The notes under the pieces: model-generated
Seen by the model: the letters and a program-made list of their open reading frames with translations, nothing else
The model's database searches: none
What the model was told of the DNA's origin: nothing
Assembly: GCA_964362305.1 (NCBI GenBank)
Contig: CAYIDY010000001.1
Location: 1,526-65,525 of the forward strand
Direction: 5' to 3'
Source: an uncultured Candidatus Saccharibacteria bacterium
Lineage (GTDB): Bacteria > Patescibacteriota > Minisyncoccia > Phycocordibacterales > UBA2100
DNA length: 64,000 nucleotides
Shown: piece by piece, positions 47,346 through 55,886 of the stretch
How the letters are laid out: every line of letters starts with the position of its first letter
Numbering within the stretch: position 1 is the first letter of the stretch
Translations under genes and position numbers: made by a program

Positions 47346-50090
47346 TTACCGAATCTCAAACGCGTCAACGAATGGGAAGAATAGCTTGTACCAGTTTGGC
47401 TCAGATGAGCTGACGGTATCGTTTTTCTTCTTGTTCGAAGTTGCCTTGAAGATTGGCGCTGGTGCGTTCACGTCTTTGAGAAGAACCTGTGTGCCACTCT
47501 TTTTGCCGGTGAGCGCTTTGCCAGGGAACGACTTCGGCAGGTTTGTTCCGACTTCTTCGTACGCAGGGTTGACGGTGCCTGGTGACGCTTGGTAGCGACT
47601 CTTGAAGGCATTGATTTCACCGAGCTGTTGTTCTGAGAGTCCGAATGAATCTCCGTTTACACAGTAGAGGTCGTTTATTTTGCGCTGCGTCGTGTAGTAC
47701 ACGTGCCCTGTTGGCTCTTCAATTCCCCACGGAGTGAGAACTTCGCTTGAGTACTTTGCCTGGAAGCGTTTGACCGCAGCGACCGTGATGTAGTCGTAGA
47801 TGCCAGTGACATCGAGTGCCTCACCTTCCCATGCGTTCAGGAAGCCTTGCAAATCTTTCACATCATCCATGTCCACTGGCTTTCCGACCTTCATGTAGCT
47901 CTGAAGCAGAGGCACACACTGAGGGCCATCGTTCACTGCTACCACGTCCGACTTTTCATCGACAGAGACATCAACCGAGTCCGTCGCGGGGTCGAGCGGT
48001 TGTGGGTATATGTAGATTGATTCGTTCTTGAAGCCGGTGAGTTTTGCTGTGTTGTTGTACACGCCGTATGGAATGCCGGTGTTGTATTCAACGGTGTAGT
48101 TTACGGTAATTTCTTCCCCATCTTTAATCGTGTTCAAGACCCAGTGACGAGCAAACACGCGGTTGCCATCCGGCCCCTTCAAGGTGTCTGCAAGCTTTGC
48201 GCGATAGATTGCACCACCACCTTTGTTATTCTTCACAACGATTTTGTAATCAACTTTTGCTGGAGCCGATGCCTTCACAATACTTGCTGTCTTTTCAATC
48301 GTGACATTTGGATTTGAGATATAGCCTCCAGGAGCGCCTCCTCCAGCCTCCGCTGTGCCTACGAGAATCTGTCCAGCGATTTGCGTCAATGGATCCGAGC
48401 CGGAGCCTGCAGGGTCTGGACCGAAGACGAGGTTTCCTTTCCAGTCACCCGAAACGGTGAAGAGGGCAAAAATCCAGTCTTGACCAATAATCGTTTGATT
48501 TAGAACGTTGAGAATCTGCACAAATGCATTTGCGTCTCCCGTTTTAATCTTTGCTGCTGCGCCCGCAGCTGCGTTGTTGCCTGTTGTTGCTTCAACAATC
48601 GCATTGTTCAAGACCTTCGCGTAGTTGGTCGTTGATGCATGAACTCCGCGTACTCCCGCGCGACTTTCATTCGTTCCCGCGCCACAGATAATTTCTCCAT
48701 AGCTTGTCTTTTCGCGAGAGAATCCATCAGGAAGACGCACAACATTACCCTGCCATGCACCTCCTACGTTCACTATGAAGCACACTGGTGCACCAATTTG
48801 GTTTACGAAGTTCATCGCGACGGAGTCAGAGTTTGCCTGGCCTGTTTGAATCTGTGCCTGCTCTTGTGTTGAAGATGCCGATGCGGTATTCGAGCCAGAG
48901 AGTGCATTTGCAGTTCCGTTGTTTGTTACATCAGCGGTGTTGTCCGCATTAAGCGAGCTTCGAGGGCCAAACTTCGAACCGGTTGAAAGCGTTCTGAAGA
49001 AGTTTGCGTCAGGAAGCACGATGTTTCCGTCCAAGTTCCCTTGATTCGCCATAAGAATAATCATGTAGCGCGAATCAACAATCTGTAGGTTTCCGAAGTT
49101 TACGATTCCACCAAACGCACTCGCGTTACCGGTGTCCACTGAGGCAACGCCTGAATCAGATGTAGATGTGTTTGTCCCTGTGCCCGCACGCACAACAAGA
49201 TCATTTGTTACTTCTGCACTCTGATCGGTGATGATGTTTAGGACTGCATCGGCTAGAGAACAACCAGAAAGTGAACATCCTCCCACGTCGCTCGCGAGGT
49301 TGTTGAACATGTTCATAATGCGGTCGGTAAAGTCGAGTTCTGTCGAGAGTGGGTTCTTCAAAAAGAGGAGTGAGCCTTGAGAATTTGTGACGGCCACGTT
49401 GAAGAGTGAGATGAGGTACCCGAATGCATCTGCATTTCCTGTTTTAACCGATGCGCCACTGTCCTGACTTTGCGCTTCGTTTTCGCCAGTTTCAGCTACA
49501 GATTCGCCTTCGTTCTCCATCACCAAGTCCTGTGTCGTTTGAACGACGACTGGCGGGGGCTTCACGATGTATTTGTCACAATGCGGCTGCCAGCTTTTTT
49601 GACACAAGAGGATGTACCATGTTGGCGGTTTGCCAAACGGATACGTTGTTCCAACCGGCATGATGTCAGAGCTTGTTGTGTTTGCACTGTTGGTAGCTGT
49701 CGTGTCAGACGATGCGTTGCCTGTCACAACTTCTGCCGGAGCCGGGTCAGTTACTGCCGGCGGGTCTTCTGTAGCATTTGAACTGTCACCGTTCTCGCCT
49801 GTTCCCGCAGGCTCTGTTGAAGTCTGTGAGTCTCCATTTTCGCCGTCTTGTGGCGCGGTGTCGGGAGCAGGGCTTCCATCGTTTCCATCAGTACCGTCGG
49901 TTGCATTCGTATTCTCTGTAGGTGTCGGTTCCGGCGTTGGCGTCGTTTCTACAACGGGTGCTGGTTCACTCGCCTCTTGAGCATACGAAGCGGCAACCGG
50001 CCAGAGTGGACTTATTGCGAGATGCACTGCAAGTGCTATCGCGAAATTCCGAAGCCAAAATGTTTTTAAATCTTTTGTCATAATGCGCAC
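47346..50090 (-). CDS. large secreted low-complexity surface protein with C-terminal peptidoglycan-binding domain
   Basis: Signal peptide, a Thr/Pro/Glu/Asp-rich N-region, four (V/I)xTG(N/D/Q)AxxF..(I/L).N..N repeats, a DUF11-like segment and a PG_binding_1-like segment (DDVKDLQGFLNAWEGEALDVTGIYDYITVAAVKRFQ). Confidence 0.8.
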   Translation of the reverse strand: MRIMTKDLKTFWLRNFAIALAVHLAISPLWPVAASYAQEASEPAPVVETTPTPEPTPTENTNATDGTDGNDGSPAPDTAPQDGENGDSQTSTEPAGTGENGDSSNATEDPPAVTDPAPAEVVTGNASSDTTATNSANTTSSDIMPVGTTYPFGKPPTWYILLCQKSWQPHCDKYIVKPPPVVVQTTQDLVMENEGESVAETGENEAQSQDSGASVKTGNADAFGYLISLFNVAVTNSQGSLLFLKNPLSTELDFTDRIMNMFNNLASDVGGCSLSGCSLADAVLNIITDQSAEVTNDLVVRAGTGTNTSTSDSGVASVDTGNASAFGGIVNFGNLQIVDSRYMIILMANQGNLDGNIVLPDANFFRTLSTGSKFGPRSSLNADNTADVTNNGTANALSGSNTASASSTQEQAQIQTGQANSDSVAMNFVNQIGAPVCFIVNVGGAWQGNVVRLPDGFSREKTSYGEIICGAGTNESRAGVRGVHASTTNYAKVLNNAIVEATTGNNAAAGAAAKIKTGDANAFVQILNVLNQTIIGQDWIFALFTVSGDWKGNLVFGPDPAGSGSDPLTQIAGQILVGTAEAGGGAPGGYISNPNVTIEKTASIVKASAPAKVDYKIVVKNNKGGGAIYRAKLADTLKGPDGNRVFARHWVLNTIKDGEEITVNYTVEYNTGIPYGVYNNTAKLTGFKNESIYIYPQPLDPATDSVDVSVDEKSDVVAVNDGPQCVPLLQSYMKVGKPVDMDDVKDLQGFLNAWEGEALDVTGIYDYITVAAVKRFQAKYSSEVLTPWGIEEPTGHVYYTTQRKINDLYCVNGDSFGLSEQQLGEINAFKSRYQASPGTVNPAYEEVGTNLPKSFPGKALTGKKSGTQVLLKDVNAPAPIFKATSNKKKNDTVSSSEPNWYKLFFPFVDAFEIR

Positions 50091-50278
50091 GTTTAATTTG
50101 TTTTACTCTTTATCCCTAATAAATACTTTGTAATCTCACTTTCCCTCCTAATGAGACCCCGCGTTTGAATTTAATCGGAGACTCATGAGAGGGAGGAAGC
50201 GCCGTGCGGCTCTTCCTCACCGTCTCAATTCTTTTTTTTCGCTTTCGCGTCGAAAAGAACATCACTCGAGCGAGTGAA

Positions 50279-51313
50279 CTATCGAGTTACGCGGACCATC
50301 GTCGTGTTCATGACGTTGATCGAGCCTGACTCTGAGTGAGCAGCACCTGTGCGAACTTCGCCTCCGAGAGCACCTGCTCCACCGTCTGCGCTTCCGCCCT
50401 GACCTGCGTCACCACCAACTGCTTCGCCGTTGGAACCGAGGTCCCATTCACAGCCACAGCGTTCTTCGTCGTCGCTTCCGACTTCTGCAGAACCGCCTCG
50501 GCCGCCGTCGCCAGCTGTACCACCGTTGCCACCTTCGCTGCCCTTAGCTTTGTTGTCGCCAGTGTCAGCCTTAGCTTCGGTTTCGTTCTCGATTTCACCT
50601 GAGTTGTACACTTTGATGGTGACAGAGTTGTCAACATCGCGGCGGAACCAAGGTGGAATACAAGCACAGTCGTTCTCGTCTTCTTCACAGCCACAGCCTT
50701 CTACTACGATATCAACGTTGTTGAGCTCGTTTGCAGAACCTGCCTCTGCTGTTGCGTTGCCCGTTACAACGTAGCCGCCGTTTCCAGCGTCGCCGCCGTG
50801 TGCGCTGCCACCTGTACCGCCATTGCCTCCTTCTGCTGACGAGTCAGTGCTTGAACCACACTCACCACACCAGCTCATACCACCGTCAACCTCAGCGCGA
50901 CCGCCTTTTCCGCCGTCGCCTGCTGTGCCGCCGTTGCCGCCGTAGCTTCCGCCAGCGTAGTTGTCGCCAGTGTCAGCCTTTGCTGTCGTCGTGTTCGAAA
51001 TCGAACCCGAGTTTGATACTTTGATGTATACCGAGTTGTCCTCTTCAGAACCTCCCCAGTCGCCACCACATTCGTTCTCACATGCGCTAGCTGTGCCAGC
51101 GAATGCAAATGCCAATGCAGAAACCGCGAGGGTTGCTACACCGAATTTCATTGAGTTTGTCATATATTTTAATGTGTTTAACATTTTTTTAAGTTCTGAT
51201 AACCTCCCGATTTTCATTGTGCCTCCGTACGGACGGCGCAATGTAATTTCAGAGCTTCGACCTTTTGTGAACATGCCTCCCGAGCGATTGAGCTCGTTTC
51301 GCCTGCAGTCCAC
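50279..51313 (-). CDS. secreted Gly/Cys-rich repeat protein, paralog-family member
   Basis: The probable true start is 51163 or 51151 (MTNSMKFGVATLAVSALAFAFAGTASA signal peptide). Two copies of DNSVxIKVxNSGxIxNxTxAKADTGDNxAxGSxGGNGGTAGDGGxGGxAEV occur. Cys pairs (CENEC, CGEC, CGCEEDENDCAC, CGCEWD) suggest disulfides. Confidence 0.7.
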   Translation of the reverse strand: MDCRRNELNRSGGMFTKGRSSEITLRRPYGGTMKIGRLSELKKMLNTLKYMTNSMKFGVATLAVSALAFAFAGTASACENECGGDWGGSEEDNSVYIKVSNSGSISNTTTAKADTGDNYAGGSYGGNGGTAGDGGKGGRAEVDGGMSWCGECGSSTDSSAEGGNGGTGGSAHGGDAGNGGYVVTGNATAEAGSANELNNVDIVVEGCGCEEDENDCACIPPWFRRDVDNSVTIKVYNSGEIENETEAKADTGDNKAKGSEGGNGGTAGDGGRGGSAEVGSDDEERCGCEWDLGSNGEAVGGDAGQGGSADGGAGALGGEVRTGAAHSESGSINVMNTTMVRVTR

Positions 51314-51965
51314 GGCGCGGTCCCTCGGGAGGAGGGATCGCGCCGTATACTTCAGCGCTCGCCTCCCAAAGAACTCGTAACAAAACAGCAGACCGCCTTA
51401 AAGACGTTCTGCTTTCCAACACGAATAAATACGTTTGTAGATGCGGTCATGAAATAACCGCTGGTTTCCCTTGGTGCATCGAGCCGTAAGGCGCCGATGT
51501 CTTTACTGGTTTCCCTTGTGCTGGAGTCTTTGGCTCAAACATCAACCGCAACAACGTGATGAGAGCCCTGACTTTAACCAAAACTACTTCAAACAAAGAA
51601 GTCCGCTGATTTCCCTACACACAATCGCGAGAGCGTTTGTGTGAATTCGTTTTCCGCGGCGCACGCGACTAAACGATGGAGGAATTATCTCGCACGAATC
51701 AAGAGTGTCAATGAATATACCTGTGAATTGCGCATTGCAATTCTCGTGTGACAACTTGTCAATCATGTGTCGGAAATTTCTTGACACCGAAATTCTTCAC
51801 TTTATCGAAAAAGAGGAAAGAGGTTTGGTATACTTGCCTTTCATTGACGTATACGGACTTCAGGTGGGCCCGAAACCTAGGGAAACCAGCGTAAAGCTGA
51901 TGGCTTTGGGCCCGCCTGACATCCTTATTACTTTTACAAAAGAACTGCGAGCAAGGTTTTCTATC

Positions 51966-51999
51966 ACACGTCGCGGGCATGTCTACCCGCGACGTGTGT
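51966..51999. terminator. perfect 13-bp hairpin (terminator-like) adjacent to the stop of 52007..53200
   Basis: CACACGTCGCGGG (51966-78) pairs with CCCGCGACGTGTG (51987-99) across an 8-nt loop. On the plus strand it is followed by TTGTAATACTATCTT. Confidence 0.5.
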
Positions 52000-52006
52000 T
52001 GTAATA

Positions 52007-53200
52007 CTATCTTCCGAACACGCGCCTGAAGAAAGTGGTCACTGGTTCCCACAATCGGTTAAGAGAGCGCGTCGCTGTCTCTCCTGCAGCCGCCGTCTGA
52101 GTCTCTTTCGATGCACTTCCAACTTCCTTCTCATCAACTTTCTTATTCTTATCCGGAATCGAAGGTGTCGCTGGTACGCCGGGACGAGACGGTGTCGAGG
52201 GTGCAGTTATTTCAACCTTTGTCTTGGCAATCGTCTCCGCTTCTTCGCTTGTAAGAGGGAATTCTTTGGTCAATTTGCAGTAAATCTCATTTGCTTTTTT
52301 ACGCGTAGTTAGATACACGAAGCCAGTAGACTTTGTTACCCCCCAGGGCGCAAGAATATCTGCCGCATACTTTGTCTGGAACACGTGCACAGCAGCAATT
52401 GTTTGCGCACCGTATATACCATCAACTTCAAGAGCTGCGCCTTCAGACTCATTGAGAAGACTCTGCAAACGCTTAACCTGTTCCGCGTCGTTATTCGCGC
52501 CTGGCTTTATGAACGCTGTGAGGTACATGTCGCACGATGCAACCATTTCGAGCGTTGAGCTAGCCGACGTTGTCTCTGTAGTCGTCGCTGCTGTAGAACT
52601 TGCTGAACCACCGCCACCGCCTCCTCCTCCACCTGATGCTGAGTTTGTTTCGTCATTATCAGACGCGCTCGAACAGCCGGGGTCATTCATGTCTTTCAAA
52701 CCGTCACCATCATTGTCGACACTGTCTTCACATGCCGGTGCTGGCCCGCCACTGTTTCCACCTGAGCCTCCTCCAGAACCGCCACCGTTGTCTCCTCCTC
52801 CGTTTCCACCTCCTCCTGTAGTGTTTGATTCATCGTTGTCGGTAGAACCAGAACATCCTGGGTCCGCGCTATCTACAAGTCCATCACTATCGTTATCAAT
52901 TCCATCTGCACACGCTGGAGTTGAACCACCTCCACCGCCGCCGCCTCCACCTTCACATCCCGAGGCGTCAAAGCCTTGCGGAATCGGGAGACCATTTGCC
53001 ATTAATTGAGCAAAAATCTCACAATTTATTTCAGAAGCCGAAGGAGTGTCTGGACTAACATTCACATCAACTTCAGGCATTGGGACGTCAACATTGACGT
53101 CCGGAACCTGCGCGTAGGCAAGTCCAGTCCCAAACAAAACACTTGCACCAACGAGAAGTCCGATTGAAGCAAGTTGCGCACGTCTTACAAACATAAGCAA
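52007..53200 (-). CDS. secreted Gly-rich protein with two Cys-bracketed TSP3-like Ca-binding motifs and C-terminal peptidoglycan-binding domain
   Basis: Signal peptide. CADGIDNDSDGLVDSADPGC and CEDSVDNDGDGLKDMNDPGC both match DxDxDGxxDxxD. Poly-Gly linkers and a PG_binding_1-like segment (VKRLQSLLNESEGAALEVDGIYGAQTIAAVHVFQ). Confidence 0.75.
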   Translation of the reverse strand: MLMFVRRAQLASIGLLVGASVLFGTGLAYAQVPDVNVDVPMPEVDVNVSPDTPSASEINCEIFAQLMANGLPIPQGFDASGCEGGGGGGGGGSTPACADGIDNDSDGLVDSADPGCSGSTDNDESNTTGGGGNGGGDNGGGSGGGSGGNSGGPAPACEDSVDNDGDGLKDMNDPGCSSASDNDETNSASGGGGGGGGGSASSTAATTTETTSASSTLEMVASCDMYLTAFIKPGANNDAEQVKRLQSLLNESEGAALEVDGIYGAQTIAAVHVFQTKYAADILAPWGVTKSTGFVYLTTRKKANEIYCKLTKEFPLTSEEAETIAKTKVEITAPSTPSRPGVPATPSIPDKNKKVDEKEVGSASKETQTAAAGETATRSLNRLWEPVTTFFRRVFGR

Positions 53201-53392
53201 TTTAATATTTAATAACTAAATAAAAAGACCATTCCGTCCGTAAGAGTATTCCGACTGAGGTTCATGTCAACAAGAATCCGACCAATTTCGCGGATTTAAC
53301 ACGTGTGAACTATATGTCAAACTTACTTTCACACACTGAGGAATGGCATGATGGCACTGTCCTTTAACGATACCATTCCGTCGTAATGTCCA

Positions 53393-54613
53393 TTACGTGT
53401 GATTATGGTGGTGCCTGTCGCGACTTGTCCAATTGATATTTTCTCCCTTCCCACCTTCCGAAGTCTGTTGTCCTTTATCAGACAGAACATGTTCGTCCTT
53501 TACAAGCATAAGGACAGCTATTGCCGTGGTTATAGGTACTACCAATATCACTCCTATTGAACCCACAAGTATGCGCACAATCTCAGCCGCGAAGATTTCC
53601 CTGTTCAGCATCTCAATGACATCAAGGCTCGCGGTGCCGTAGAAAAGAAGGAGTAGTGGAAGGGCAGCGCCAACATAGGCAATGGCAAGTGTATTCACCA
53701 ATGCGCCAATATGTTCTCTTCCCATTCGCAGCGCCCTAACGTAAATTGCTTTTCGAGTCATCGTTTTTCCTGCTCGTTGAAGCTCCTCCACCGCGACGGA
53801 CTGTCCAATCGCGGCATCATAGAGAACGCCAAGTAGACCGATGATGATGCCGCCAAGGAGGAGGCCTGCTAGGTCAATCTTGCCCCTAGAATTAAAGTGC
53901 AAATACGTCGCTTCTTCAGCTGAAAATCCACTTAACTTTGTCCAGTGTATTGAGAGGTACGCAAGAATTCCCGTAAACATAATTGTTGCGACCATCCCAA
54001 GAACTGCCGTAGTGGTCATGCGGCTCACACCATGCGTAACGTACGCCCCAACGAGCACGATGAACGAGGCAGTTCCAACCGCAATAAGTACCGGCGAGTA
54101 ACCCGCAAGTACACCGGGAAGTAGTACGAAAACGATCACAAAAAGACTGAGAATGAGCGACAGAAGCCCTCGAATCCCTTGTATTCCGCCCAAAATGAGT
54201 GTGATGGCCACGAAGAGCCCGAGAAGGATTAGGAGTGCTGGGATTCGGTAGGGCTCTTTTACCGTGTAGTAGTCCACGTTATCAAGCTCGTTGACAGTAT
54301 GCCCTAGATAAAATACATCACCCGTTTCAAGAGAAAGATAGTCATTTTCGACAAGAATTTCTTTTCCTGCCTCTTCCCCATCCAGAACCTCTACACGAAT
54401 CGTCTGGTATTGCGTGGGCGTATCCGTTCCTGGAATAAGCGCCGTTTCTTCGCTCTCTATACTGATGACCCGAGCCTTCATTACGGAGACCGCATCCTCG
54501 ACTAATGCCTGGGCTGAAGTACTGATCGGAACTAGGAGGAGAAGCGCCAGCAGCACATTAGATAAACGCATAGTGACACTATACGACACGCGAACAGGTG
54601 TGGCATGATCCAA
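53393..54613 (-). CDS. YibE/F-family membrane protein
   Basis: Signal/anchor, an extracytoplasmic domain, then a YibE/F-like polytopic C-half. The real start is probably MRLSNVLL at about 54571, 8 nt after the Fur-family stop. Confidence 0.8.
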   Translation of the reverse strand: MDHATPVRVSYSVTMRLSNVLLALLLLVPISTSAQALVEDAVSVMKARVISIESEETALIPGTDTPTQYQTIRVEVLDGEEAGKEILVENDYLSLETGDVFYLGHTVNELDNVDYYTVKEPYRIPALLILLGLFVAITLILGGIQGIRGLLSLILSLFVIVFVLLPGVLAGYSPVLIAVGTASFIVLVGAYVTHGVSRMTTTAVLGMVATIMFTGILAYLSIHWTKLSGFSAEEATYLHFNSRGKIDLAGLLLGGIIIGLLGVLYDAAIGQSVAVEELQRAGKTMTRKAIYVRALRMGREHIGALVNTLAIAYVGAALPLLLLFYGTASLDVIEMLNREIFAAEIVRILVGSIGVILVVPITTAIAVLMLVKDEHVLSDKGQQTSEGGKGENINWTSRDRHHHNHT

Positions 54614-54989
54614 AAAACTCGAGTGTGTGCTCAGAAATTGTTGCGAAGTGCGTCGATTTACTTAATGCAAGAGTCTCTGCTGCGGAAAAATCGCATCCGG
54701 GTAATTCGTCTATAAGACCGCATTGCGTGCACACGACATGGTGATGATGCGTACCCTCTGCCGATTCATATCGTGTGGGACCATTCTTCAAATGAACCTC
54801 GCGCGCGAGTCCGTGTTCTATAAATGACTGCAGTCCTCTGTATACGGTCACCAAGTCAGTAGCATTTATATCATTGTGAAGTTCTTCAACCGTCATAGGG
54901 CCTTCTCCTTTTCGTAGTGCGTTGAGAAGTGCAATACGCGACGGAGTCGCCTTTAATGAGGCATTTTTAAGAGTCTCTTTGGTTGACAT
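54579..54989 (-). CDS. Fur-family metalloregulator (Zur/Fur-like)
   Basis: Winged-helix N-domain, HHHH and CxxC (HHHHVVCTQCG ... CHTC) metal sites. Confidence 0.85.
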   Translation of the reverse strand: MSTKETLKNASLKATPSRIALLNALRKGEGPMTVEELHNDINATDLVTVYRGLQSFIEHGLAREVHLKNGPTRYESAEGTHHHHVVCTQCGLIDELPGCDFSAAETLALSKSTHFATISEHTLEFFGSCHTCSRVV

Positions 54990-55009
54990 AGCTTATCCAC
55001 TGTATACCA

Positions 55010-55028
55010 AATGCAAATCGTTTGCAAT
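55010..55028. promoter_or_regulatory. putative Fur-family operator (TGCAAA-TCG-TTTGCA) in divergent promoter region
   Basis: AATGCAAATCGTTTGCAATT palindrome with 6-bp arms and a 3-nt spacer. It lies between an extended -10 on the minus strand (TGgTATACA, 55009-55001) and TATAGT (55044-49) on the plus strand. Confidence 0.5.
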
Positions 55029-55040
55029 TAGAACCTGGCT

Positions 55041-55886
55041 GTGTATAGTGTTCATATGGAATCGCTCGTCGCTCCGCTTGTTGCAGCACTTGCAATTATG
55101 CTTGTGTCACTCTCCGGCGTTATATTCGCCTCGAAAGCGTTGAGCCAGTGGATGCGCTCGAATCTGACGTACCTCGCTACTTTTTCTGCGGGCGTTTTTG
55201 TCATTGTTATCTATCATCTTCTTGAGGAAACTTTGCACGAAAGCGGCTCCTTTGCATTAGCTGCAGGTGCGGTTCTTTTTGGCGCAGCGCTGATGGAAGC
55301 ATTGCACCACCTCCTCCCCGCCGAACACCATCACCATAACGTAGAGCATACGCACGCGCATACCCCCGTAGACGGTCGCCGCGTTCTCTTGAGTGATGCG
55401 CTTCATAATGTGGGCGATGGTGTACTTCTTGTTGCTGCATTTGCAACAGGCTGGGCGATTGGTCTTACGGCGGCAGTCGGCATTCTCATACACGAACTCG
55501 TGCAGGAAATTTCTGAATTCTTCGTACTCAAAGAGGCGGGCTACTCGAACGGCGAAGCTCTTGGGAGAAACCTACTTTCTTCATCGACAATTCTTATAGG
55601 CGTCGGAATAGCTACATACCTCTCGTCCGCCAACGAAATCGCAGTCCTTTTTGGCGGCTTGGCTGCGGGTGGATTCATTGCGGTCTTACTTCGTGACCTT
55701 ATGCCTCACGCAATCGAATCCATTAAAACGCATGGCGGAGCAGCGAAACATGCGACAGCACTTGTACTTGGCGTGACGCTCATGCTTGGCGTGCAAACGT
55801 ACTTTGGACACGAGGAGGGTGCCGACGAAGCTCGAGGTGGAGAAATTACTTCTTTTCCTCTTCAAATCCCAAACATACGGAGTTAA
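55041..55886 (+). CDS. zupT: ZIP-family divalent metal transporter (ZupT-like)
   Basis: ZIP signature helices with His-rich loop HHHNVEHTHAH and HELVQE-type motif (IHELVQEISEF). The real start is probably ATG 55056. Confidence 0.85.
   Translation: MYSVHMESLVAPLVAALAIMLVSLSGVIFASKALSQWMRSNLTYLATFSAGVFVIVIYHLLEETLHESGSFALAAGAVLFGAALMEALHHLLPAEHHHHNVEHTHAHTPVDGRRVLLSDALHNVGDGVLLVAAFATGWAIGLTAAVGILIHELVQEISEFFVLKEAGYSNGEALGRNLLSSSTILIGVGIATYLSSANEIAVLFGGLAAGGFIAVLLRDLMPHAIESIKTHGGAAKHATALVLGVTLMLGVQTYFGHEEGADEARGGEITSFPLQIPNIRS

Noticed and set aside
51705-52004. 99-aa plus-strand ORF inside the 690-bp non-coding island
   Set aside because: The ORF reads straight through the perfect 13-bp hairpin, has no SD or promoter context and is compositionally odd. 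The region is treated as non-coding.
52600-52950. Repetitive GGn/CCn-rich DNA that superficially resembles a tandem repeat array
   Set aside because: It is codon-level low complexity encoding poly-Gly linkers on the minus strand. There is no regular repeat-spacer periodicity, so it is not a CRISPR array or a VNTR.
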